A DNA stretch of 64,000 nucleotides from a virus. The stretch covers positions 1 to 64,000 of IMG/VR virus record IMGVR_UViG_3300034198_006385, one strand, 5' to 3'. Shown piece after piece: positions 21,030-30,361 of the stretch. Under the pieces are notes generated by a model. That model searched no databases. It saw only the letters and a program-made list of their open reading frames with translations, and was not told where the DNA came from. Each line of letters opens with the position of its first letter. The first letter of the stretch is position 1. The translations under genes and the position numbers were made by a program.

Positions 21030-21066
21030 ACCTTAAATAGTTATTATTTGATTTATTTATTTAGGA
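21030..21066. promoter_or_regulatory. Divergent late-promoter-like TAAATA boxes between gp48 and gp4
   Basis: TTAAATA on + and CTAAATAAATA on -; resemble the T4-type gp55 late -10 box. Confidence 0.45.
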
Positions 21067-21072
21067 ACAACA

Positions 21073-21498
21073 ATGGCATATAAAGGTTTTTTTAAACCAA
21101 AGAACCCACAAAAATATAGGGGCGATGTAAACAACATAATTTATAGAAGTAGTTGGGAATTAAAATTATTGATGCGGGCGGATGCTGATAATAATATTTT
21201 ACAGTATTCATCTGAAGAATTTTTTATTCCTTATTACAATCCTCTAGATGATAAATGGCATCGGTATTTTCCTGATATGTGGATAAAAACTATTGATGGG
21301 AGAAATCTTATTTTAGAAATAAAACCATATAAACAAACAATACCTCCAAAAAAACAAACTAAAAGATATTTAATTGAAATGAAAACATATGTAATAAATA
21401 AACAAAAATGGGAGGCTGCCGAGAATTATTGTAAAAAACAAGGTTCTGGGTGGCATTTCTTAATATTAACAGAAAAAGAATTGGATATTAATTTCTAA
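21073..21498 (+). CDS. gp4: Head completion nuclease gp4
   Basis: KG.F.PKNP.KY.GD...I.YRSSWE, HRYFPD, EIKP, N..KW.AA. Confidence 0.95.
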   Translation: MAYKGFFKPKNPQKYRGDVNNIIYRSSWELKLLMRADADNNILQYSSEEFFIPYYNPLDDKWHRYFPDMWIKTIDGRNLILEIKPYKQTIPPKKQTKRYLIEMKTYVINKQKWEAAENYCKKQGSGWHFLILTEKELDINF

Positions 21499-22100
21499 TG
21501 CCATTTAATATAGAACAATTTATAAGCAATATTGATAATGTTAAAGGATTAGCGCCAGCATCAAAATTTGATGTTCAAATTACTATACCTAATAATACAA
21601 AATTAAATGAATTAGCAAGCAAAAGAGAAATTTCATTTCTTGCATTTTCTGCTGATATCCCAGGAATAAATTTAACTCCTGATTATGTATTTTTAAATGG
21701 TTATGGTAGAGTAAATGAAGTTCCCGTAAGACCAAATTTGTCAGAATGTGATATTGGTTTTTATATAGACGAATCTAATGTGACATATGAATTATTTTAT
21801 ACTTGGATTAATAATGTAGTAAATATGGATGGAAATAATTATAAATCATCTCCTAATAATTCTCGGGATGCATATTATGATGAAGTATTTTATGCAAAAG
21901 AATATTATTCTACAATAAATTTATCATATTTGGGAAATAAAAATAAATTATTTACTATCCAATTATTAGATGCCTTTCCAATTCAATTATCAGGATTAGG
22001 ATTAGATTGGAATACTACTGACACTATTGCTACTGGAGAAGTAAAAATAGCATATAGAGCAATGAAAGTAACCTTTGAACAAACTAGGCAAACTCAATGA
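21498..22100 (+). CDS. gp54: Tail tube initiator gp54-like (tube-fold protein)
   Basis: F..W...V, L.DAFP..L....L.W; lies between gp4 and gp26. Confidence 0.7.
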   Translation: MPFNIEQFISNIDNVKGLAPASKFDVQITIPNNTKLNELASKREISFLAFSADIPGINLTPDYVFLNGYGRVNEVPVRPNLSECDIGFYIDESNVTYELFYTWINNVVNMDGNNYKSSPNNSRDAYYDEVFYAKEYYSTINLSYLGNKNKLFTIQLLDAFPIQLSGLGLDWNTTDTIATGEVKIAYRAMKVTFEQTRQTQ

Positions 22101-22798
22101 AAATAGAAATACAATATCCTATTTTAAATATTACATTACCTATAACAAAAAAAGATCTTGTTCTTAGAGTAATGAGAATAAAAGAAGAAAAAATATTATT
22201 AACCGCACAATCAAGTAAAAATCAAGCGGAATTATTACATGCAATGATGGTATGTCTTACTAATTGTTTAGTAGAACCTTCAGATTTAAAATTAGATAAT
22301 ATTCCTTTTTTTGATTTACAATATATGTTTCTACAGCTTAGATCGGCATCTGTAAATAAAATATCAAAATTATTAATTCAAGATGAATATAACAAAATTA
22401 AAAAACATGAAGTTGTAATAGATATTACAAATGTTAATTTTGAATTTAAATCAGAAACAACAAAAATAATGTTTACAGAAACAAGTGGTATAGAAATGAT
22501 ATACCCAACATTTTCTATTGTTAAAAAATTATTAAACTATACCAATCCAACAGAAAAAACATTAGAATTTTTAAAGTTATGTATTAAAAACATATTTACT
22601 GATACAAATGTATATAATACTTCATCAATGAGCGCAAATGATATATCAGAATATATTGAATCATTACCCGCTAGTTATTTTATTAAATTAAAAGAATATG
22701 TAGATAATTTACCAAAAATTACTTATAATATAGAATATATTAATACAAAGGGAGAACACAAAAATATTGTGTTAGATGACCTCGAAAATTTTACCTAG
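22097..22798 (+). CDS. gp26: Baseplate hub assembly protein gp26
   Basis: LP....R....KEEKILL.A, FD..Y.FLQLR..SV, G..M.YP, C-terminal L..L.NF. Confidence 0.9.
   Translation: MKIEIQYPILNITLPITKKDLVLRVMRIKEEKILLTAQSSKNQAELLHAMMVCLTNCLVEPSDLKLDNIPFFDLQYMFLQLRSASVNKISKLLIQDEYNKIKKHEVVIDITNVNFEFKSETTKIMFTETSGIEMIYPTFSIVKKLLNYTNPTEKTLEFLKLCIKNIFTDTNVYNTSSMSANDISEYIESLPASYFIKLKEYVDNLPKITYNIEYINTKGEHKNIVLDDLENFT
22786..22792 (+). promoter_or_regulatory. Candidate -1 frameshift slippery heptamer A AAT TTT
   Basis: X XXY YYZ pattern in the gp26 frame, one codon before the TAG; the -1 frame is open into gp51. Confidence 0.55.
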
Positions 22799-22800
22799 TG

Positions 22801-22971
22801 ATGTTGGCCCATAATGATATGGTAAATTTTTATCATAATATTTTCAATATGGTTCAACATCATGGATATAGAATAGAAGAAGTAGAAAATATGGTAATTT
22901 ATGAATTAGATATCTATAATACCTTACTAATACAATATATAAAAGATAAAGAATTAGCGGAACAAAGTTAA
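22801..22971 (+). CDS. gp51: Baseplate hub assembly protein gp51-like (56 aa, not in the ORF track)
   Basis: MLAHNDMVNFYHNIFNMVQHHGYRIEEVENMVIYELDIYNTLL... matches the gp51 pattern QHH.Y...E.ENM...E..IY. Confidence 0.85.
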   Translation: MLAHNDMVNFYHNIFNMVQHHGYRIEEVENMVIYELDIYNTLLIQYIKDKELAEQS

Positions 22972-22976
22972 TAAAA

Positions 22977-24344
22977 ATGGTAGATGAAAATTCTAGAATA
23001 AATGAATTAAATAACTCAGTTAATAAAACTATTAATATATCAAAAATAGATAGTGTTATTGATTCAGAATTAACCAACAAAATTAATAATAATACTAAAG
23101 GTTTTATTGGTAATGTAAATAAAGAACTTGATATAAATTCCAGTATTAAACCAGTATCAAATATTGAACCATCAATTGATACCAAAATTATATCACCAGA
23201 AATTAAAAAACAAAAAGTAGCATCTTTTTTAAAAAATAAATTACCAGAAAAATTAAAAAGTATAGCTGGTAAATCTTTACCCGGCATTGGTGCTGTAGCT
23301 TCTGCTTATGGCGTTATTGATAAAATCAATGAAGGTGATATTCCAGGGGCAATTACACAAACAGCCGCAGGTATAAGTTCATTTATTCCCGGTAAAGGAA
23401 CGGTAGCATCTTATACATTACAGGGGGTATCTCTTGCCCGAGATTTTTATAAAGAAATATTCGATGAATATCCAGGCGAAGATAAAAATTTTGAAAAACA
23501 TGCAAAAATTATTGATGATACTATGAGAGAATATGGTTTACCCGAAGCTATTATTTCAACTATATCAAATGGAATTTCATATGCAAAAAGTGGTGAAACT
23601 TTTATAAATGATGCTTTTAGATCAAAAGAAAATTATACTCCAGAGGCATCAAAACAAACTATAGTAAATAATACTACAGAAAATAAACCAATGAGAGGAA
23701 AAACAAATAAAGGGGTTTCCCTCATAGAAGATTTTAAAGATACACAAAATAATAGTAATAATGAATTAAATAATTTATTAGAAATGAATAGAAATAAATT
23801 TGAACAAAATTCAAATTTAGACATTAATACTAATATATCTAATCAATTACAAGAAAATCCAAATATTACACCATCTATAATTAATGAATCACAAGTTCAA
23901 CCAAATATTAATACATCTGTAAATAATATGACACAGGTTAATTCAAATATTAATAAACAATTACAATCTGAATTAAATATAGATAGCACATTAAATAATA
24001 AAAACCAAATAATTAATACTGAGTTAACACCAGATACACCATCAAATTTTTATTTAAAACTTGAAACACCATATATTAATAAATCATCCCCATCAACTAT
24101 AATATATCCGTATAACAATCAAACTAAATCTACTCAAATTAATAAAACAATTAAAAGAAATCAAAATGATGTCAAAAATATACAGACTAATAATTATAAC
24201 GAGCAACAAACTGCAAAAAATTTAAATAATGTATTTGTTTCAGAAAATTCTGTACCTATAACTCCAGAAAATCAACAATATCAATTTAATATGCCTGAAC
24301 CAAAAAATGTTCCAAATTCACCGGCTATTGGACCAATTAGATAA
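22977..24344 (+). CDS. Putative tape-measure/gp29-like protein
   Basis: KSLPGIG...EGDIPGA...FIPG.GT segment, low-complexity N/Q tail, position after gp26/gp51. Confidence 0.5.
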   Translation: MVDENSRINELNNSVNKTINISKIDSVIDSELTNKINNNTKGFIGNVNKELDINSSIKPVSNIEPSIDTKIISPEIKKQKVASFLKNKLPEKLKSIAGKSLPGIGAVASAYGVIDKINEGDIPGAITQTAAGISSFIPGKGTVASYTLQGVSLARDFYKEIFDEYPGEDKNFEKHAKIIDDTMREYGLPEAIISTISNGISYAKSGETFINDAFRSKENYTPEASKQTIVNNTTENKPMRGKTNKGVSLIEDFKDTQNNSNNELNNLLEMNRNKFEQNSNLDINTNISNQLQENPNITPSIINESQVQPNINTSVNNMTQVNSNINKQLQSELNIDSTLNNKNQIINTELTPDTPSNFYLKLETPYINKSSPSTIIYPYNNQTKSTQINKTIKRNQNDVKNIQTNNYNEQQTAKNLNNVFVSENSVPITPENQQYQFNMPEPKNVPNSPAIGPIR

Positions 24345-25176
24345 TATATTTTTGCATACTTTTTTCTATACCATAAAGATTAATATTTTTTAATGAATTA
24401 TCCATTAAAAATGTATTACATGTATAATTTTTATTAGGCGTTGATAATAATATTTCAAAATTTTCCGGTAAATTATGAATATAACAAAAATATTTAATAA
24501 ATTCACTAATTGTAAATGATTGAGAATATGCACAATTGATATCTGACGGATAATCAATCCAATTTTCTATAACATTTGAAATAATTTTACTTAAATCAAT
24601 TGCTGATATCCATGAAAATTCTCTATTATGAGAAATAATAAATTTTTTATTTTCTTTAATATAATTGCAATATTTTTTTAATAAACGAAAATCTGGTTCA
24701 TTTGAATCAAAACAACCAAATATTCTTAATGTTATTGCGTTTGGAATAAGGCGACAATAACGACTAATTATATTTTTTGCTAATCCATAACTTTCAGTTG
24801 GTAATCTTCTATCAATTTCATCTTCTTTCACATAATCAATATTAGTAGTAATATCCATTTCTGCACCACTACCAATATTTATTAATAGACCATAATGATT
24901 ATTCAAATTTGAAATATTTTGAAATATTTTTAGATTATTATGAAATTCATCTTTATTAAATTCACCAAGATTCTGTTTACCACCGGCAGTGGCACAAAGA
25001 ATAACAACATCAGGATTAATATTTTTAATTGTATGATAAACATTATCAAAATTAGTTAAATCACAAATATCTCTATGAATACCAAATTTATAACAATATG
25101 GTAATTGGTCCATCAATACTGAACCAAGAAATCCTTTTGATCCTAAAATAACAATTCTTTTATTTTTATAACTCAT
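24337..25176 (-). CDS. NAD-dependent epimerase/reductase (extended SDR) acting on nucleotide sugars
   Basis: GSKGFLG Rossmann motif, IGSGAE, YGLAK (YxxxK), LRIFGCF. Confidence 0.9.
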   Translation of the reverse strand: MSYKNKRIVILGSKGFLGSVLMDQLPYCYKFGIHRDICDLTNFDNVYHTIKNINPDVVILCATAGGKQNLGEFNKDEFHNNLKIFQNISNLNNHYGLLINIGSGAEMDITTNIDYVKEDEIDRRLPTESYGLAKNIISRYCRLIPNAITLRIFGCFDSNEPDFRLLKKYCNYIKENKKFIISHNREFSWISAIDLSKIISNVIENWIDYPSDINCAYSQSFTISEFIKYFCYIHNLPENFEILLSTPNKNYTCNTFLMDNSLKNINLYGIEKSMQKYII

Positions 25177-25182
25177 ATAGTA

Positions 25183-25938
25183 TTACTCTAATTCTTCTGA
25201 CGGTAAAAATGGATACATATCATCCAATCCCGCCTGTATTTTCTTACCATCCACTATTTTAAAAGATTGCATAGGTATAATTTCTTCATCTGGTTCACAA
25301 AATGCTTCAATAATCATACATTGTTTATTTTTTAATACATTACTAAAACATAAACTTTTTTCATTATATGTATTCGAATAGTAATCCCATAAATCAATAT
25401 ATGGAATGTCAAATCCATCAGCAATTTTACTCATATTAGGAATATGTACACCTGTATTTTTATCAACCCCATATATTCTATTATTATAAAAATTCTTTTG
25501 AGTATTTTTGATTGACATGTATCCATTATTATTTAATACTATAATTTTTATTGGTAAATTCATTCCTTTAATTGTAGATAATTCTTGAAGATTTGACATG
25601 AAAGACCCATCACCAACAATTACAATTACATCTTTGTTACTTTCAATTGCAACCCCAATTGATGCAGGAATTGCAAATCCCATATCTGCTTGCGATTGAC
25701 TAAAAATAAAACGTCTATCCATACTGGCATGAAGATTTACTGGACAAACATATGATGGAGACCCCGCATCTGTAACAACAATACTATCAGCCCACATAGT
25801 ATTGTTAATAAAATTAATTACATGGTAAATAGAAAAAACACCATTTTTTGGTTGACCCTTAGGTAGTCCAGTTACCCATTTATTTTTCCATGATAAACAT
25901 TTTAAAGCCCAATGACTATAAGGATCATCCCAACTCAT
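25183..25938 (-). CDS. ThDP-dependent enzyme (acetolactate synthase/YerE-like), C-terminal ThDP-binding domain
   Basis: DAGS, MGFAIPASIG, GDGSFM.N.QEL.T, LNNNGY.SI. Confidence 0.9.
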   Translation of the reverse strand: MSWDDPYSHWALKCLSWKNKWVTGLPKGQPKNGVFSIYHVINFINNTMWADSIVVTDAGSPSYVCPVNLHASMDRRFIFSQSQADMGFAIPASIGVAIESNKDVIVIVGDGSFMSNLQELSTIKGMNLPIKIIVLNNNGYMSIKNTQKNFYNNRIYGVDKNTGVHIPNMSKIADGFDIPYIDLWDYYSNTYNEKSLCFSNVLKNKQCMIIEAFCEPDEEIIPMQSFKIVDGKKIQAGLDDMYPFLPSEELE

Positions 25939-27023
25939 TATAATTTTCCTAATTTATATTGTGAAATTGCGTGAGTAAAAAATTCTCTCAAATCCATACG
26001 CAATCCTTTATTAAAAGAAACAATATTAGAATTTATATCTTGATTGCATGTTTTTAACAATTCGCTTTGTGAAATATCTACAATCATTTTATATGCATTT
26101 GGTGCAAAATTATTTTTATCATATCCAATATGACAAACTGTTAATGAACTACCAAGAACTAATAATGTATCAGATTTCATTAAGGCCATATTTCCTGCAC
26201 GAGAACCTTTAACTCCAATACACCCAATATTTAATGGATTTGCGTGATCTGTATAATCTCTAGCACCATAAGTTGATACAAAAGGAATTTTTGTCATTTC
26301 AATAAAACGAATAAATTGTTGAATTGTGTTAGATTGTGCAATACCATTACCAGCCAAAATCAATGGTTTATCTGCCTGAAATAGTTTATCAACCATAAAA
26401 TTTAAAGTAGTGAATCTAGTTAAATTATTTTCTTCATAATTAAATTTTAGTAATTTAAGAATAATTGGTTGTGTATATTGTTCATTTAATTCTGCAATTT
26501 GTACATCGGCAGGAATATCAATCCATGCTGGTCCCGGTCTACCATTTGTCATGGCATTAATTGCTGACATAAGAACAGAACGAATATTATTAGGATTATT
26601 TAGAAAATGTGTATATGTTGTATAATTTTTTACCATCGGAATTATATCATTTTCTTGAATGCCATATTTGCGTAATGCCCATTGGTTTTCGTTATTCATT
26701 TTATATGTTGTTTGATCGGAACGAACATTACCAGAAATAAATAATACAGGAACACCATCTTGCCATGCATCTAACAGAGGTGTCATGCAATTAGTTCCAC
26801 CGCAGCCAGTTGTTGGATTGACAATACTAAAGTTTCGACTATATTTTGCAGCACCAATGGCAGCATATCCAGCCGCTTGTTCATGATGAAAACATATGTA
26901 ATTGATATCTGGATTTCTGATAAAACCATCATTTAACCCTGATGCGCCACCACCAGTTAATCCATAAACATTTTTAATTCCTAGATTAACTAATTCCCGC
27001 GCAATATAATCGCAAACTCTCAT
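25938..27023 (-). CDS. ThDP-dependent enzyme (acetolactate synthase/YerE-like), N-terminal and central domains
   Basis: HHEQAA.YAA, TTG.GGTN, D.VP.LFISG, GRPGP.WIDIP.DVQ, G.RAGN. Confidence 0.9.
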   Translation of the reverse strand: MRVCDYIARELVNLGIKNVYGLTGGGASGLNDGFIRNPDINYICFHHEQAAGYAAIGAAKYSRNFSIVNPTTGCGGTNCMTPLLDAWQDGVPVLFISGNVRSDQTTYKMNNENQWALRKYGIQENDIIPMVKNYTTYTHFLNNPNNIRSVLMSAINAMTNGRPGPAWIDIPADVQIAELNEQYTQPIILKLLKFNYEENNLTRFTTLNFMVDKLFQADKPLILAGNGIAQSNTIQQFIRFIEMTKIPFVSTYGARDYTDHANPLNIGCIGVKGSRAGNMALMKSDTLLVLGSSLTVCHIGYDKNNFAPNAYKMIVDISQSELLKTCNQDINSNIVSFNKGLRMDLREFFTHAISQYKLGKL

Positions 27024-28354
27024 TCATATTTCCTCATAAATTTCTTGACCATATCATGAATATAAAATAATTGGTCAACTGTAATAGTTGGACTTGTGCC
27101 ATGAAAAAATGTTGACGTTGTTGTATATGTTGCATTTGGAAAATCTTTTTTTACATCATATGAGTGTTCAGATGCTAAATGAGAATATCCCGGTTGTAAT
27201 AAAATATTACCCGCAAAATATGGACGAGTTTGAATTTTACATTCCTCTAAAAAAGCAACAAATTCCTTACGAGTAAAAGGAGCATCCGGTTTAACTGTTA
27301 GAGGAAAAGCAAACCATGATGGATCAGATTTTGGTGTTGCTTTTGGAATTATGAAATATTTTTCATATGGGTCATATGTGACGCGAAGCATTTCATAATT
27401 ATGTTTGCGACGTTCAATGATATTTGGAATTTTTTTAATTTGTTGTAGACCAATAGATGCTTGTAATTCTATTGGTTTTAGATTGTAACCAATTTCACTA
27501 TACACATATTTGTGATCAAAAATTTCATTTGGTAATTCAGGAAGCCATGAACTAAATCGTTTACCACATGTGCCGCATGGAAGTTTATTAGCTTTCTCGC
27601 CTTGGCAATAACAAGCGCGGCCCCAATCCCGCAGAGAATGAATTACATCATTTAGGCCAATATCGTTAGTGGCAACAAAACCACCTTCACCTAACGAAAT
27701 GTGATGGGCTGGATAAAAACTGCAAGACGCCATTTTACCAAATGATCCTAATGGGTTTCCATCATATAAAGAACCAAGAGCATCACAACAATCCTCTAAA
27801 AGAATAAGATCATATTTCTCGCACAATTTCATCACTTTATCCATATTAGGTGGATTTCCTAATACGTGTGCGAAAGAGATTGCTTTAATATTACTCTTAG
27901 AACCATAACGCTGTAGAATATGTTCTACCTGTTTAAGATCAATATTGAGAGTATCTAATTCAATGTCAACAAATACTGGCTCAAATCCTAATTGAATAAT
28001 CGGATTGATAGTAGTTGGAAAACCAGCAACAGGTGTCAAAATTTTTGAACCCGGTGGTAGATCAAATGCGTTTTTACTGCGTAAAGCGGAATACATTAAT
28101 AGATTAGCGGAACTTCCACTATTAACTAAAGCACCAAATTTTTTACCAAGAAATTTACTAAATTGAGATTCGAAATGAATTGCATCTTTACCTAATCCCA
28201 TCCACCCATTTAGAAGTGTTTGGACGGCGGCAACAATTTCTTTTTCGTTATAATAGGTGCCAGCGTAATTTACTTGATCTACGCCAGCTATCCATTTCTT
28301 GGCTTTGTTTTTTTCAATAAGATATTTTTCAATTTCAGATAAAATATGTTCCAT
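27020..28354 (-). CDS. rfbH: CDP-4-keto-6-deoxyglucose 3-dehydrase (E1, DdhC/RfbH)
   Basis: VNSGSSANL, GFPTTINP, H.LGNP, EDCCDALG, SFYPAHH (His at the usual PLP-Lys position), DWGR.C.C...TC..RF Fe-S motif, DHKY.Y..IGYNLK. Confidence 0.92.
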   Translation of the reverse strand: MEHILSEIEKYLIEKNKAKKWIAGVDQVNYAGTYYNEKEIVAAVQTLLNGWMGLGKDAIHFESQFSKFLGKKFGALVNSGSSANLLMYSALRSKNAFDLPPGSKILTPVAGFPTTINPIIQLGFEPVFVDIELDTLNIDLKQVEHILQRYGSKSNIKAISFAHVLGNPPNMDKVMKLCEKYDLILLEDCCDALGSLYDGNPLGSFGKMASCSFYPAHHISLGEGGFVATNDIGLNDVIHSLRDWGRACYCQGEKANKLPCGTCGKRFSSWLPELPNEIFDHKYVYSEIGYNLKPIELQASIGLQQIKKIPNIIERRKHNYEMLRVTYDPYEKYFIIPKATPKSDPSWFAFPLTVKPDAPFTRKEFVAFLEECKIQTRPYFAGNILLQPGYSHLASEHSYDVKKDFPNATYTTTSTFFHGTSPTITVDQLFYIHDMVKKFMRKYE

Positions 28355-28695
28355 TACATTTCCTCATTAGAATCACCATTATAGTGATTAAATACATATT
28401 GCAATTCTTCATCCGAAATAACGGTAAGAATCCTAGAAACAATTTCGGATGCTTTCTTATGTCGATCTAATGTTTTTTGATATTTTTCAATGTCATCACA
28501 CATATATGAAATATAACTATCAACATCTTGTTCCAAAATAGTGGTATTTGGCAATTCTTTAAAAAAGAATCCATATTTACCGCTTTTCATAATACGAACG
28601 GTCAATTCATTATTTTTATTCAACTCCGACCGCTGACCAAGAGAAACTAATTCATTATAAAGTGTATTAAACACAGAAGCCTTTTCATTCATCAA
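28354..28695 (-). CDS. Hypothetical protein (true start possibly ATA at 28749)
   Basis: Stop overlaps the rfbH start; frame is open upstream to an SD-preceded ATA. Confidence 0.5.
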   Translation of the reverse strand: MMNEKASVFNTLYNELVSLGQRSELNKNNELTVRIMKSGKYGFFFKELPNTTILEQDVDSYISYMCDDIEKYQKTLDRHKKASEIVSRILTVISDEELQYVFNHYNGDSNEEM

Positions 28696-28756
28696 ATCAA
28701 TGTGCTTCTTACGAATTGCTTTACGGGAATCAATTACAAGTTTACTTATGATATAA

Positions 28757-29404
28757 TCACCTTACAATATTATTAACCATAATCTTTGCTTGCGCTATTT
28801 TTGATTCTAGCGTAATGCCGGGCCAATGTAAAGCCCAATCTCCGTGCTGCCATATCATACTATGCCCCAACAAATCAATATCTGTTGGAAGTTGATCATG
28901 ACGATAAATTTGTTTTTGTAAACTATTCATATATCGAGCAGGAACAATACCAAGAATATCTTTATATTGATTTAATGTGTCAATAACGACTTGTTGTTCT
29001 TTCCATGAATGATTCGTATAAATTGGTTCCAACGAAAGTAAGTCACAAATATATTGTTTGCATTCAGGAGAATTACGAAACAATGCATTACCAACATTTA
29101 TTCCATTAAAATACATTGACCAAATTACATGAACATTAGAATTAATTCTATCTTCTATCTTAATATTAAAATTGGTTACGATTGCATCACAATCAACAAT
29201 GAATAACCACTCACACTCAGGATATAATTCAAACACTTCTAAGACCAAATGAAGTCTGGCGAACCCCATATCAGGAGTCCGCCAGTTATTTTTCTTACAA
29301 TAGAAAGTATATCCGTGTTTATCGCAATATTCTTTCTTTGTTTGATCTGTTATAGTGGCTAAATCTTCATACCCTTCAGTATTAAATGATACCACTACAA
29401 ACAT
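28757..29404 (-). CDS. Glycosyltransferase, GT34/MNN10-like (GT-A)
   Basis: K.EYC.KHGY, EWLF.VDCDA (DxD), N.G....RNS, W.EQ, GDW..HW.G. Confidence 0.8.
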   Translation of the reverse strand: MFVVVSFNTEGYEDLATITDQTKKEYCDKHGYTFYCKKNNWRTPDMGFARLHLVLEVFELYPECEWLFIVDCDAIVTNFNIKIEDRINSNVHVIWSMYFNGINVGNALFRNSPECKQYICDLLSLEPIYTNHSWKEQQVVIDTLNQYKDILGIVPARYMNSLQKQIYRHDQLPTDIDLLGHSMIWQHGDWALHWPGITLESKIAQAKIMVNNIVR

Positions 29405-30357
29405 TATTTTCTCTTAGCCATTTTTTTAAAGAAACTCATTTCATTATCATCTTCTTCTTCGTCGTTATCATTATTCGATGATGAAGTATTTTCCTTTTCA
29501 TTATTTTCATCATCGTCATCGTCCCATGGAACTTGATTTACATTTTTATTAATGAGTTTATTAGTAGTTGTTTTTGGTGCATCAATATTAGATGATTTTT
29601 TAGGTTGAGATGTCCCAAGAACATATTCGAGGCGTTTCTTTAGTTCATCATATGATTTAAATTTTTCAGGAGCAATTTCTGATTGCAGAGAATGAGAGGA
29701 CTTCCAGATTTTTTCTAGAACATCATCATCATCAGAAATAGATGTAGGTGGTTTTACAAACACCGATTGATCGTAATTCCTATTACCTTCTACCCTACGA
29801 ATAATTAGACGAAAATTACACCCTTCCCACATATCAAAAACATTAATTGGTGCATCATCTTCAAATGTTGGATGAAGCATTTCATTAATTTTATCATAGA
29901 TTTTTTTACCAAATTTAAAACGAAATACTTTTCCGTTATTTTCTGGTGCGCCTTTATCATCAATAACAAGAATATTGGCAACATAATATAATTTACGTTT
30001 ACGATCTTTAGCTAATTGAATATTTTCTTTATCACCAGATTCATAAAGTTGATTATTCATTTCAACAACAGGATCATCTTGACCTAATGTTGTTAAACAT
30101 TTTTCAATATACCAACGCTTTTTATCGCCATGAACAACATTAAAACCATGTTCCCAATAACGGATTAGGGCATCTTCTTCATTTGGGGGAGGAGGAAGAA
30201 ATCTAATAATTGCCAGACCATTTCCAGCTTTATCTACTGTTGGTTGCCAATAAGTATCATCATCATAATTTTGTTTTGTATTTTGTGCTTGCAATTGTTT
30301 TGCAAGATTTTCTGCTTGTGCTTTACGATTATTTTTTAGTTCGGCAAAATTTACCAT
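29404..30357 (-). CDS. gp32: Single-stranded DNA-binding protein gp32
   Basis: DKAGNG.A.IRFLP, WYIE.C.TT.G, KRK..Y..NI.V..D, FGKKI..KI, NYD.S.F, acidic tail. Confidence 0.97.
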   Translation of the reverse strand: MVNFAELKNNRKAQAENLAKQLQAQNTKQNYDDDTYWQPTVDKAGNGLAIIRFLPPPPNEEDALIRYWEHGFNVVHGDKKRWYIEKCLTTLGQDDPVVEMNNQLYESGDKENIQLAKDRKRKLYYVANILVIDDKGAPENNGKVFRFKFGKKIYDKINEMLHPTFEDDAPINVFDMWEGCNFRLIIRRVEGNRNYDQSVFVKPPTSISDDDDVLEKIWKSSHSLQSEIAPEKFKSYDELKKRLEYVLGTSQPKKSSNIDAPKTTTNKLINKNVNQVPWDDDDDENNEKENTSSSNNDNDEEEDDNEMSFFKKMAKRK

Positions 30358-30361
30358 TTTA

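Noticed and set aside
22844-23287. Minus-strand 147-aa ORF and similar short antisense/alternate-frame ORFs in the track
   Set aside because: Overlap well-supported genes and have no recognisable motifs
25183-27023. Acetolactate synthase as a branched-chain amino-acid auxiliary gene
   Set aside because: Flanked by RfbH and a sugar SDR, with no ilvC/ilvD/ilvH nearby; a sugar-branching role fits better
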